A model generated the notes under the pieces. That model made no database searches, was not told the origin of the DNA, and worked only from the letters and a program-made list of their open reading frames with translations. Positions 1 through 11,959 of a DNA stretch of 64,000 bases are shown piece by piece (position 1 is the stretch's first letter; the number at the start of each line of letters is the position of its first letter). The stretch lies in assembly GCA_965197905.1 (NCBI GenBank), contig CBDAOB010000001.1, forward strand, positions 1-64,000, in the 5' to 3' direction. This stretch comes from Candidatus Latescibacterota bacterium. GTDB lineage: Bacteria; Latescibacterota; UBA2968; UBA8231. The translations under genes and the position numbers were made by a program.

Positions 1-106
1 GAGGCTTCGTTGGGCTAGTCCCGTCCTTGGGTGCAGCTTCCGCGACTACACATCTACGCCCCGCCTGACGACGATACCTAGAGCTGAGGTTGGGGCACCA
101 ATTTAC

Positions 107-3100
107 TCAAGGTTTCGGATGGGCGGTCGATTTCTGTAGATGGACGCAATGTCCAATCTTCTTGGGGCTCCCTGTCGAGTGCCGCACGGGTATTCGACAG
201 GGATTTTTTTGGGGGGCGATTACTCGCTGGGCCGGCCCGGCGGCCCCGGGCGGGATCGCCAGCGGAATCGTCGTCGACGGATTGAACGGATTCGGGTAGT
301 TGGGAAAGAGAGCGAAGCTGCGCGGCAGCACCTTTGCCCTGCCCAGCTCGGCGACGCTCCAGGCACGGCCGGCCCCCTTGCTGATGAACGCTTCGTAGAG
401 CTCCAGCTCCACATTGCGGGGCGCTCCCTTTATTTCAAACAGCAGGTCCACCCCCATCTCTTCCTCCACCTCCACCCCACGCTGGCGACCGCGTAGATGC
501 TCGGCGAATACGAACAGATCGCCCATTTCGTGGTCCAATTCCAGGGCCGTCTGCGGTCCGCCCAGATAGGCTACCGAATCCACCCTTCCACGGTAGCGCA
601 GGATCGGAGGATCAGCGCGCACGCCCAAGCCGTATCCCAACAGCTGGGGCACCCCCTTCAAGCGCAGTTGAACGAGCACGTGCTTGCCGGAAAACGCCTC
701 CGCCGTCACCTCCATGTGGGAACCTTCCGCCACTTCCACTTTCTGGGCAAAGAGCAGCTTCCGAGCCGCCGATTCGCCGAAGCTCTGTTTCAAGAGGGAG
801 AGATCCGATTTCCCCACACGGCCGTCGCGATCCAGATCGAGATTCGGGTCGCTGCTGCCGAAACCGCTGGCGAAGATGAAGAAATCCGCGAAGGAGACAT
901 TGCCGTCGCCGTTGAAGTCGCGGGAAGCGAGGGAAGGTGTGGTCGCCTGTCTGGGTCGCAGCCGTACCGGTTCACTCCACGGGCCGGTGAAACGACCGTC
1001 GGTAGCGCGCACCCGCCACCAGTAGAACCGGCTGGAGACCAGGGTGCGATTCACCCTCCAACGGGTAAGCCCGAACCCTTCGGTAATGTTGCCGCCGCGA
1101 TCGACGATGCTGCGAAATCTGGAGGTAGTGGAGAGCTGCACGGTATAGGTCAGCTCCTCCCCCATATCCACCGCCTCGGCGTTCTGGATGACCAGGATCG
1201 GCCGCCCCGCGGTCGCGCCCTGCTCCAACCCCAGAATCGCCGGTGCCTTTGGTACATGGGACGGGTCGGGCAACCCGGCGGCGATCTCGCTCGCCCCGCT
1301 CTGGTTGGGAATCGGCTGCTGATCCACGGCGGCGACCTGGTAGCGGTAGAGCTGTCCATTGGTCAGACCCAGATCCCGATAGCGGGCTTCTTGAACCTGG
1401 GTGGCGATGGGCACGAATCCGCTGTCGTTTTCGCGATACACCGTGTAACCGCTCAGATCCGGCTCGTCGTTCGGAGTCCATTCCAGCAGATTCTCGCCGC
1501 TGCCCGGAAAGACGACCAGACCTGCGGGTATGGCGGGGGCGATCAGGTCGCGGCCCATCTCGGTGGTGAAGCTCAAGACATCGCTCACCGTCGGGCCGTT
1601 GTCGGCGCGGTCGGTGGAGCCCACCCGGTAGAAGTAGTCGGTACCCGGCTTCAGCTTGGTGAGCATGACCACATGCTCGAGCAGGTCGCGGGGACTGCCG
1701 ACCACCGCGCCCAGATACGGTGTGCTGTCGAAGTCGACGTAGGAATCAGCCAGCTCGTCCGTGGTCCAGCGGATGGTAGCGGTGCGATCGGTGATGCTCA
1801 CGACCTCGGGCCCGTCGACGAAACGCGGTTCCTCCAGATCGGGCTCACCTTCGGTCCGCGCTCTTAGCAGAAACGGATCGGGATCCTCGTTTTGGCTGGC
1901 ATCGTTGGTGAAGATGCGCAGCAGGTACTCGGTATCCACCTGGAGATTGGTGAGTATCACCTGCTGGTCTGCTTGCCGCGAGCGCACCTGGCGGACGAGT
2001 TGGTCTCCATCAGGGGTTTCGTACTCGACGCGGGCGGCGGCGGCCTCGTCGGTGCGCCACTCCACCACCAGCTCGTCATCCGTTCGCGCAGCTACTTCGG
2101 GCTCCGACACAAAACCGGGTGGTGTCAGGTCCAGTTCCACCGCGGTGGAGACGATCGCCACCGGGCTGATAGCGGCTCCGTTGTCCGAGGGATCGGTGGA
2201 CTGGACGTTGTAGAAGTACTGACGACCGGGCTCGAGATCGGTCACGGTGATGTTATGATCGCGTACATCCTGAGCCGAACCGGCGATCTCTCCCAGCGCT
2301 TCGATGGTGCCGAAATGCACGAAGCTGTCGGAGAGCTCGTCGGTATTCCAGGCTATGCTGAGACTGGTAGAGGTCTTTTCGAGGACCTCGGGTCCTCCGA
2401 CAATGAGCGGAAACTGGGTGTCTGCCTGATTGTCCGTGACGAAGAAACCTCCACCACCGGGGGGCTGCAGGATCTTCGCCGAGGCGTCGACGACCACCTT
2501 TCTTGGACCATTGATAGAGCCCCATTCCAGCAGATTGCCCGCTTCGTCCTGGGAGCGGATCCTGATCCGGTATGCGGTCCGTTTTCTCAGATTGGTGAGG
2601 GTGAGGCCGTGTTTGAAGCGCAGGTCGTTGTCCTCCACGAATCCACCCTTGCCGCCACCGATCCAGTCCACTCTTGAGGTGGCCTGCTCGTCGGTTCCCC
2701 ACTCTATCACTGCCGTCTGGTTGGTCCAGGTCACGATGGGATTCTGGGTGAATCTCGGCACCATTTGATCCTGACGGCCGCGGGTCCTGAAGCTGTGGTT
2801 TCTACTGTGGAGCTCGGTTCCAGCGGGATCAGTACTGACCTCGTTTCCAACCTGGTCGCGGCTGGTGACGACGATGTGGTAAGTGGTCCCCTGCAACAAT
2901 TCAGTGAGTGTGATGCTGTGGTTTCTCCTCAACGCCCCACGCTCGATCCGCCCCTCGTTGCTCACACTCTGCATAATGCCCGCACTCTCCACCGCTTTGC
3001 TGGAGGCGATGTCGCCGCGCCAGGCGACGCTGGAGGTGGCAGGCTCGCTCGTTGTCCAGGTCACGGTGGCCTGGTTCGTCCTCACACCCTGGAACGCCGG

Positions 3101-6100
3101 GCCGGAGGTGATTCTTGGTGGCAAAACATCCGGGGCCGCGCGGGTCTTGAAGCTGGCGCTGGCCGTGGTCGTAGCGTTGCCGGCCGCATCCCCCAGCACC
3201 GTGGAATACTCGTACTGCTGATCGGCGAGCAGACCTGTGAGCACCAGGCGATGGCGGTCACGGAACTCCGGTTCCACCTCCTCCCCGGTTTCGCCGTTGC
3301 CGCTGTAGCTCAGGGTCAGACTCGCAGGCTCGACGGTGGACACCTCGAACACCGCCCCATCCTCCGAGGTTGAGACGACGATCGGTCCCGAGTTCACGTG
3401 GGGAGGGCGCTCGTCGCGGGCATCGAGGGTCTCGACGGAGATATCGCCGGAAAAGCGCTGATTCCCATCGCCGTCGGTCACCCCGACTCGCAGATGATAG
3501 CTCGTGCCGGGGTCCAGTCGTCCCACCCGCAGCTCGTGGGCGATCTGTTGTCCCGCATACGAGAGACGTCCCAGCTCATAGGAGGTGGAGGTTCCCACGT
3601 CCAGGGTGGACAGGGCCGGCTCGTTGGTGGTGAATCCTACCACGAGCGTCTTCTGGGTGCGCCCACGGATCACCGGAACGCGACTGAAGCGAGGGGGCAG
3701 AACATCCGCTGCGGCGGGTGTCCGGAAGGACAGGTTGCGCAGCCACTGGCTCTGGTTTCCCCCCCGGTCAGTACAGAAGGTCTGGAACGTGAACTCCGCA
3801 TTGGCCGGCAGGTTGGTGAGCACCAGTGCGTGGTTCTTTACGTGTTTGGGATCGGTAACTACCTGTGCGAACCCATCGGGGCCGGAGACCGAAACCCTGC
3901 TGTCGGAGGGTTCGTTGGAGCGCCACTCGATGCGCACCCGGCCCCGTTTGATGTCGGAGACGGTGGGCGGACCGACAAATTTCGGGGGAACCGTGTCGGC
4001 TTCGTCATCGGTCACGAAGGTGCCCGATACGTCGAGGGAAACCAGGCCCTGACGGGCGCGCGAACGCGCCGTGAAGCTGTACTCCGTGCCGGCAAGGAGG
4101 TTGGTGAGTACGACGCGATGTCGGGTCTGGGAGCGGCCGCGGGTTTCGGTGCGCAGGTCGGCCGGGGAAGCTGTTGGAAAATAGTCCACCTGGGCGTCGG
4201 CCTCGATGTCGGTGCGCCAGAAGATGGTGGCCCGGTTGTTCGCCACCTTCTCCGCCACCGGTCCCACGGTGATCTCCGGCGGCAAGGAAGCCGCCTGCCC
4301 CAGCGTCGTGAAATCGAGCACCCTTGATTGGCCCGTATTGCCGCTGGCGTCCGCAACACTCACTTGGTAGAAATACCCGGTGTCTGCGGTCAGGTTCGTC
4401 ACCACCACGCTGTGATCCTTGCGGCGGTTCAGTACCTGTTCCTGGCTGGCGTCGTTCAAATCCCGGCTGGTAGCGACGCCGAGACGGGCGTCTCCCGGTT
4501 CGTCGAGCGTCCAGACGCGCGCGCTGGTCTCGCTGATATCGGTGGCAAACGGCGGATCGACGAAGGTGGGAGCGGTCTCGTCCCTCGCTGCGCTGGTAAC
4601 AAACGAAAGGGCTCGTTCGGTGGAGCGGTTGCCGACGGCATCTCGGGCTAGGAGACTCACGAAATAGGTGGTTGCTGCCTCGAGGCCGGTGAGGTCCACG
4701 CTGTGGGTTCGCTTGCGAGCGCTGACCGTGCGATGCTCAGCGCCGGCAAGATCGGCGGAGCGGCTATAACGCAGCAAGAACTCCACCGGCTCATTGTAAG
4801 TCACTTCGATCGAGACTCCGGCGTCAGAGATGCCCTGGACGTCTGGACCGGTCTCCACCAGCGGCGGCTCCGCGTCGGTTTGCAAGGTCGCAAAGGCGAA
4901 CGGCGCTGCGGGAGCTGGATTGCCCTGGGCGTCTTCGAGCTCCACGGTGCCGTCGTACCGCGCGCCGGGTAGAAGCTGGGTCAGCTGCACCCGGTGCTCG
5001 CGCGCCAGATCGGTGCGAATCACACCGGCGGCGGATCCTGCCGCCACCTTGGCCACGTTCGTCCTGGCAAAACTCAAAACGCCTCGAGTGAGCTCATCTG
5101 AGCTCCAGGAGATCGTGGCACCCGCCTCGTTTACCCCTTCGGCGAACGGCAGGCGTACAAATTGAGGCGGTGTCGTATCGCTGGTTTCCCAGGTCGTGAG
5201 CTCACCTCGAGCCGGTACGGTTTCGTTGTTGAAGGCATCCCGCACCTGCACTTCATAGAAGTACTGGGTGCCGCTCTCCAGATTGGTGAGGGAAAGACTG
5301 TGTTCGGCGGTCAGCTGACCGCTTTCCTTCAAGGTCGGTGTGGAAAGATCTTGCTCGGTCGACAGCAATGCCTGCACCCGGGTTGGTTCGTCGGTGGTGA
5401 GCACCAGGACCCCGCTGCTTGCGGTCAGACCCTGGATCGCTGGACCGGTGAGGATCGTCGCGGGGCGCATGTCGGGAGCCCCTCGCGTCTCGAAGGTGAT
5501 CAAATCCGAGGCGGCGGCGTTACCCGTCTCGTCGGTGATAAACACCTGATAGAAGTAGGTCGACGCGGGCTCCAATCCGGTCAGCTCCAGCTGGTGCACG
5601 GTTCGCGCCGCCTGGCTCTCGACCGCGCGCCCGTCGCTGAGCCCCTCATCGGTGTCGAAGCGAACCTGGACGGTGGTCAGCTCATCCGTTTCGAAATCGA
5701 CGCGGGCAGAGAGATCGGTGATGCTGCGGGTGGCGGGTCGGGCGACAAAACCTGGCTGGGTGTCGTCTTTGATCGCCGCGGTTGTGAACTGTCCGCTGCG
5801 GACCGTCGGCGGATTCCCTGCCGCGTCGGTGGAGGAAGCATCGAACCCGTAGGTCGCCCCGGGAATCAGACCACTGAGGCGGACGATGTGGTCTGCCACC
5901 AGCTCATCGAAAACCACCTCTTCGACGGCCTGCAGCAGATCGAACGGTTTGGCCGAGGCGATGGTCTGGTAGCGAACGACGCTGTTGCTCGGCTCATCCG
6001 TCGTCCAGCGCACCACGGCGCTTTCGTCGGTGATCCCGTCCACGAACGGGTCTCCCAGAAACAGAGGCGAGGTTTCGTCCGGTGCCGCCAGGGTCAGGGT

Positions 6101-8270
6101 ATTGGCGAGAAAAGGCGGAGATTCGTTGCCAAACAGATCCGTGGCGAACAGCTCGTAGGTGTACCGCGTCGCCGCCTCCAGTCCGCTGACGGTCACCATC
6201 TGCGCTATCGCCGAGGTTGGCGACGAGCTTTCCTGGGCGGTGCCATTCTCCGCTACGACCCGTACCCGGGCAAATGCCGCCTCGTCGGTTTGCCAGTTGA
6301 AGGTTGTGGAGGTCACGTCCGGCACCACGAGAACCTCAGATATGACGGGCGGCAGCCGATCCTCTTCCGTGGTAAACATGAAACTAGAGTTCGACGATGC
6401 GCCGTCCGGGTCCCTGGCGGTCACCTGCCAGGTGTAAGTTGATCCCGGCGCCAGGTTCATTGGACTGTAGGTCGTGCCGCTGCCGGACTGCACCTGTGTC
6501 GCCGAACCCGTTTCGCCGAACGCCAGATCGTAGGTCAGAGCATCCCCGTCCGGATCGGAGCTTTCCCACGAGAGCTGCGGCGTCAGCGTCACCTCGGTGG
6601 CACCGTTGCCGGGAAATCCGGCCATCGGCACGCTGGGCGGATCGTTGACCGGCGTCCAGATCAAGGTCACTTCCTGGGTCGCCTTGGAGCCGTTGTCCGG
6701 ATCAACGAGTTCGACGGTAACCGTCGTCTCTCCGTTGGCGTTGGTATGCGGGGTGAAATCGACGCCCTCGGACCCTCCCGCTGCCGCAGCGACAAGAGTC
6801 GGGTCGAATCCCACGGCTCCCCAAACCAGGGAGCCGGTGTCCGTGTCAACATCGCTGGCATTTCCGGGACCAGCCACGTGAATGCTGGCTTCCTCCTCCG
6901 CCGTGAAGCTGGCCGCTAGCACCGGCTCGATCTTCGGTGGGTCGTTTACCGCCGTCCAGGTGAGGGTCACATCCTGGGAGGCAGTAAGACCGTGGACGTC
7001 GGTACGAGTGACCGTGACCACATCGTTTCCAGAGGTGTTGGCCACCGGGGTGAAGACGATCATGTCTCCCGTCACCGAAGTCTCGGCGATGAGACTGCCG
7101 TCAACGCCGCTGACGCTCCAGGTGCCGGCACCCGCGTCTATACCCGTCAGATCCAGCTCGATCTGCTGGTCTTCGAAGGTGGAAGCGTCATCGATAGCGC
7201 TGAGGGTCGGAGGCGCATTTACCGTGACCGCTGTCTGGACAACGCTCGATCCGCCAGGACCACGAACTGTCAGTATGGCCGTGTGCGTGCCGGGGGTTGA
7301 ATAGGTCGCCTGCACCGTCGTGCCGAAGCTGGTGGTGTTTGCGTAGGTGTTGTCGGAGATCTTGCCGGCGTCGTCCTTGGTTTCGAGGAAGGCGGAGCTC
7401 GAGTAGCCAGTGGCTGACACGGTGTAGGTAACCGAGAGCGGAGGATTGCCCGAGCTTGGCGATACGCTCAATGTAGCCGCCGGAGCCGCCGGGGCGTGAA
7501 TCGTCATGCCTCCCGTGGCGCTGCCTACGTAGTTGACGTCGCTGATCGTGGCGGTTACGCCAAAAACACCAGGGCCTGCCGGAGGTCCCGTAAGAGGTAT
7601 TCCTTCCTGATCGTAGGAGAAGGAAACCGGCAGGTTGGCCGGGACCGTCGCCGCCGCCGCCGATTTGGCGGTACCGTCGAAGGTAGCTTCCAGGGTCGGA
7701 AAGGTTACGGTGGCCTGAGCCTTGCCAATGGAGAACGGCGAGCTCGTGGCCGAAGTGAGATTGATCGGCGTCGTGGCCTCCAGGGTGCGATTGGAACCGG
7801 CGCCGCTGACGGTGATACCGCTGAAGGTGGCCGCCCCCAGGATAGCCGTCGCAACCGTGGTCGACAGGGTGCCCGAGCTGATCGCCAGGGTTGATGGTGC
7901 TCTGGAAGTCTGCATCGAGCGTTCCGCTGGCATCCACCGCGTTGACCACCACCGTAAAGGGTTGCAGGTGGATGATGTCCGAGGGCAGCGTAGCGAACGA
8001 CAGCTTGACGGCGGTGATGTCGGTGTCGAACAGGAGCGCTGCGAGGGTCTTGTAGTTGGAGCTGGACGGTCGCGAGCTGAACAGGCCGCCGACCTGGGTC
8101 ACGGGCCGGAGCTTGTAGTTGGTGCCGGAGTAACGCACCGAGGGCGTGCCGCTGAAGGTGCTGGTGGTTACCCGGTAATTGGTGCTGGTGTTCTTCTGGG
8201 CCGATGCGGGTCCAGCCAGGCAAACCATGCCTGACAGGCAACAGACTCTGAAGAGAGCGCGTGATCTCAC
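107..8270 (-). CDS. Giant (~2,700 aa) secreted multidomain surface protein: signal peptide, MBG-like, PKD-like, 2 cadherin/Big-like, ~18 FN3-like repeats, EF-hand/dockerin-like pair, truncated T9SS-A/FlgD-type C-terminal domain; +1 frameshift at ~7891
   Basis: GTG at 8270 gives the signal peptide VRSRALFRVCCLSGMVCLAGPASA-Q. Removing one extra A in 'acc atc a acc ctg' joins ORF 7188-8375 to ORF 107-7933. Repeated 'D..PP....P.V..IT..SA.I.W.TDE..H...LT.L...T.Y.Y....D..GN' units, DFNGDGNVSFADFFIFASGFG, and NYPNPFNPSTTI. The true 3' end is uncertain (~220). Confidence 0.85.
170..210 (+). terminator. Intrinsic terminator
   Basis: Stem ccctgtcgagtgcc / ggtattcgacaggg (14 bp, two G-U pairs) followed by attttttt. 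Confidence 0.7.
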
Positions 8271-8283
8271 GGTTTCACCAGAT

Positions 8284-11200
8284 CTAGTTGAGGTCCGCCC
8301 GCTTGATTGGAATCGCCTTCGTGAGTGGCGACGCCTGAGATCCTGAAGAGTACTCAACCATATCCTGGCCCTCAACTCTGTCCACCAGATACTCGACCAG
8401 CTCCCGAGTCTTTCTCAGCTCGTCGCGAAGTTTCTCTACCTCGACCATCTCCTGGTCGAGTCGATCTATTTCATTGCTCTGGCGTCGAAGGGTTCTGGCT
8501 TGCTCGCGAATCTTGAGCTCGTGGGTTCGGATGGTCTCATCCTGCTGCTGCACAACGCTGTTTAGACCCTGGATCGCGGCCAGCGCTATCCCGGGCGGAT
8601 CGATCGTAGAAATCCTCGTGTCACTCGCCCCGACTCCGAAAATGGCATAGAAATCCTGCGCCATTGGCCCGATGTGCTCGATGCTGGGGTCCTGGGACTT
8701 GAGACTCCACTGCTTGATGGGCAACTGCATGACCTTGGCCAACATTTGCTCACCGTCCACGGTCCTTATATTGCGTTTGAAAGTGCTGTCCGAGATGACG
8801 CTAAAGGCCGTAGCGCCGGCCAGCAACTCTGCGCCGACCGTTGCGGCGGCATTGGTCAAAAACCGCACCCCGCCTGCGGCCTGGACACTAAACTGGTTAA
8901 CCGCCGTGGAGGCGAAGATCCCTGAGCCGTCGGCCCACACGAAGGCGTCGTTGTGATTGGCCTGTGCTTGGAACCCCGCCGCAAAGCTACGTATCCCAGC
9001 TGCCACGTTTTGGTAGCCGCCGGGAACCGTGGAGCCAATACCGCTGGCGATGTTGCTCCACCCACCGCTGATAACGGCGAAACTGTCGTATGAGGCATTG
9101 CTGCCGCCGCCGCCGACCGTGGATTGATTGCCGCTGGCGGTGTTGGCGTTACCACCGCCGACCGTGGCGTAGATATTGCTAGCCGTGTTTGCCCCACCGC
9201 CACCGACAGTAGCGTGGGTGTTGGTGCTGGCAGTGTTGTTCTGCCCCCCGCCCACCGTGGCGTAGGTGTTGCTGGCGATGTTCAGAAGACCACCGCCGAC
9301 CGTGGCGTATTGGCCGCTTGCGGTGTTTTGCGCGCCGCCGCCAACGGTGGTGTTGTCGTTGCTGGCGATATTGATGCTGCCGCCACCAATGATGGAGCGA
9401 AGGCCGCTGGCGGCGTTTCTAACACCCCCACCAATGGTCGCCTCTATGCCACTTGCAGTATTACTGCTGCCGCCACTGATGACGGCGAGCACACCGGATG
9501 CGATGTTGTTCTCGCCACCGCCGACGGTGGAAGAGGAGCCAATCGCGTCGTTGCTGTGACCGCCACTTATTACGGCGTTTAAGGCACTTGCTACATTGAG
9601 CTGTCCGCCTCCAACTGACGAATTGTATCCGCTCGAATTATTGGCAATGCCACCCGAAACTGTAGCATTCGTATTGTTAGCTATGTTGCTGTCACCACCT
9701 CCGACGGTGCTTCTCAAACCGCTAACAGTATTTCCCGCGCCTCCTGCGATCGTGGAGTTGGCTCCGCTGGCGGTGTTGGTACCACCTCCGCCCACGCTTG
9801 CGGTTTGACCGGTTGATTTGTTGTTCGTCCCACCTGCGACGGTTGCTCCAGCACCGGTCCCTGTATTGTTCTTGCCACCTCCGATGGTAACGTGAGTCCC
9901 GGTTCCGGTCGTGTTGCTGCTACCGCCGGCGACAACGGATAGGAGACCGCCCGCAATGTTGTTCTCGCCGCCACCGACAGTAGCGGAAGCAGCACTCGCG
10001 TCGTTGCTGCGGCCGCCGCTGATCACGGAGTAGACCCCGCTGGCGGTGTTGCCTTCGGCTGCGGTTGCGTCTCCACCTCCTCCGACAGTGGAGTAGACTC
10101 CGCTGGCGGTGTTGAATCTCCCTCCCCCCACCGTGACGTAATCGCCGGTACTGGCGGTGTTGCTCTGACCCCCACCAACAGTGGCGCTCGTGCTGCCCGC
10201 GATGTTGTTGGTGCCGCCGCCAATGGTGGCGCCGGTGCCGTTGGTGTTGTTGCCGTCACCACCGCCAATGGTGGTGCCGGCGCCGCTAGCGGTGTTGCCC
10301 CAGCCGCCTGCGATGGTGGTTCTTAGAGCGCTGGCGTTGTTAGATTCGCCGCCGCCAACCGTGGAGGTCTGGCCGCTGGCTTTGTTTTGGAGACCGCCTG
10401 CTACCGTGGCATGAATGTTGGTGCTGACGGTGTTTCTTTCGCCGCCACCGATGGTAGCGTAGTCACTGCTTGCAGTATTGCTCGATCCACCGCTGATAAC
10501 CGCCAGAAGTCCGCTTGATACGTTGTTAAATCCGCCACCAACTGTTGCAGTGTTGCCCGTGGCATCGTTGCTGCGGCCACCGCTTATCACCGAATTCACT
10601 CCACTGGCCGTGTGGCCTTCGCTGGCAGAGCCGCCGCCACCACCACCAATGGTGGCGTACCAGTTGCTCGCCGTATTGAACACCCCTCCACCCACGGTCG
10701 CGTATTGCTGCGTCGCGGTGTTGTTCTGTCCGCCACCGATAGTCGTCCTGTGGTTGGTTGCGTCGTTGCTGCTCCCCCCACCTATGGAGGACCAGCTACC
10801 ACCAGCGGAGTTGTTGATACCGCCGCTGACAGTCGCGAACTGGCCGCCTGCACTGTTTCCTTGCCCGCCTCCGACTGTAGCGTGGCTGCTGTTAGTGATA
10901 GAGTTGTCCTCGCCACCGCCAACGGCACCGTAAATTGCGCTGATTGTATTGCTGCTGCCGCCGCTTATAACGGACAGTAGTCCGCTGGCGATGTTGTTGA
11001 ATCCACCCGAGACCGCACTCGTATTTCCTGAGGCACTGTTGCTGTGGCCGCCGCTGATGACGGAAGCAAACCCGCTGGCCCCGTTGACGGCACCGCCCCC
11101 GACGGCTGCATTCTGACCACTGGCAACGTTTTCGTCGCCGCCGGCCACGGTGGAGGCGATGCCGATGTTGCCGTCATCCCACTCCGTTCCCGATACCTTT

Positions 11201-11865
11201 CCGGCCCGGAACGCCGCCTTCGCCGGCACCCACATCAACCGCGTCCCGGCTCCCGAGACGGGGGTCGATCCCGTGTTGCCATCCACCAGCAAAACGCCAC
11301 TTACCTTGAACCCTGAGCTGATCAGGGTTGCGATGGTAACGCTGTTGCGCTTCAAATCCAGATCGGCAGCGGCCAGGTTGTCGATGGCCGCAATGCCATC
11401 CGCCGTGGCCGCCCTAAGAGCATATGGCGCTGAGAGCAGCGGCTGTCGCGGCGACAAGGTCTCCAATCCACTTCCATCGTTGACCTGGATCTCCAGAAAG
11501 AGGGAATCCGAGAACACCGAAGTGGAGATCGCCTCTGTACTGCCCAGAATCACACTGAACAGTCCGCTCTGGACGCTCACCACGTGGTCCTCGCTGGCAC
11601 CAGAAGGCCACTTCTTGGTGCCACCGCTGGAGGCGTCGTACAGCGCGAACTTCATGGTCACTGCGCCATTGGTGATCAGTTGACCGTTCTCGTCAGTGAG
11701 CTGGCCGTCATAGCTGATCCTGCCGGGGACCTCCTGAGCAAGGGCATGACCTGTCATCATCCCAGCCGCCAGAAACACACAAACACACACCAGCGCTCGT
11801 TTTCTGGGACACAGACGAGGCTGGTATCGCGCAAAGCTGATGGCTAGTCGCCGCATAATCGTCAC
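8284..11865 (-). CDS. Secreted tail-fibre-like protein with Gly-rich 14-aa repeats and C-terminal peptidase S74-like chaperone (paralog 1)
   Basis: Signal peptide ending ALA-QEVP, N-domain ISYDGQL..FALYD..GLFSVILG..SAPYAL, GGGxxNxASGxxATV repeats, SDSTFKRNI..HIGPMAQD..GIALAAIQGL, then a coiled coil. Start may be the ATG at 11856. Confidence 0.85.
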   Translation of the reverse strand: MTIMRRLAISFARYQPRLCPRKRALVCVCVFLAAGMMTGHALAQEVPGRISYDGQLTDENGQLITNGAVTMKFALYDASSGGTKKWPSGASEDHVVSVQSGLFSVILGSTEAISTSVFSDSLFLEIQVNDGSGLETLSPRQPLLSAPYALRAATADGIAAIDNLAAADLDLKRNSVTIATLISSGFKVSGVLLVDGNTGSTPVSGAGTRLMWVPAKAAFRAGKVSGTEWDDGNIGIASTVAGGDENVASGQNAAVGGGAVNGASGFASVISGGHSNSASGNTSAVSGGFNNIASGLLSVISGGSSNTISAIYGAVGGGEDNSITNSSHATVGGGQGNSAGGQFATVSGGINNSAGGSWSSIGGGSSNDATNHRTTIGGGQNNTATQQYATVGGGVFNTASNWYATIGGGGGGSASEGHTASGVNSVISGGRSNDATGNTATVGGGFNNVSSGLLAVISGGSSNTASSDYATIGGGERNTVSTNIHATVAGGLQNKASGQTSTVGGGESNNASALRTTIAGGWGNTASGAGTTIGGGDGNNTNGTGATIGGGTNNIAGSTSATVGGGQSNTASTGDYVTVGGGRFNTASGVYSTVGGGGDATAAEGNTASGVYSVISGGRSNDASAASATVGGGENNIAGGLLSVVAGGSSNTTGTGTHVTIGGGKNNTGTGAGATVAGGTNNKSTGQTASVGGGGTNTASGANSTIAGGAGNTVSGLRSTVGGGDSNIANNTNATVSGGIANNSSGYNSSVGGGQLNVASALNAVISGGHSNDAIGSSSTVGGGENNIASGVLAVISGGSSNTASGIEATIGGGVRNAASGLRSIIGGGSINIASNDNTTVGGGAQNTASGQYATVGGGLLNIASNTYATVGGGQNNTASTNTHATVGGGGANTASNIYATVGGGNANTASGNQSTVGGGGSNASYDSFAVISGGWSNIASGIGSTVPGGYQNVAAGIRSFAAGFQAQANHNDAFVWADGSGIFASTAVNQFSVQAAGGVRFLTNAAATVGAELLAGATAFSVISDSTFKRNIRTVDGEQMLAKVMQLPIKQWSLKSQDPSIEHIGPMAQDFYAIFGVGASDTRISTIDPPGIALAAIQGLNSVVQQQDETIRTHELKIREQARTLRRQSNEIDRLDQEMVEVEKLRDELRKTRELVEYLVDRVEGQDMVEYSSGSQASPLTKAIPIKRADLN

Positions 11866-11918
11866 ACCCTTTTTACGAGGGACCGATAAAATGCACTAAT
11901 GGTTCATGAATTGCTCAA

Positions 11919-11953
11919 CTCACGTACGGAATAATTCTTTGTTAAACAAGCAG
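11919..11953 (-). promoter_or_regulatory. Conserved promoter-like motif upstream of fibre paralog 1
   Basis: Minus strand CTGCTTGTTT-N17-TACGTGAG; the same motif with the same spacing occurs at 15591-15625. Confidence 0.45.
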
Positions 11954-11959
11954 TTGCAG

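Noticed and set aside
497..7894. Long + strand ORFs (e.g. 497-1867, 5162-6442)
   Set aside because: Antisense shadows of the GC-rich giant gene, with no recognisable motifs.
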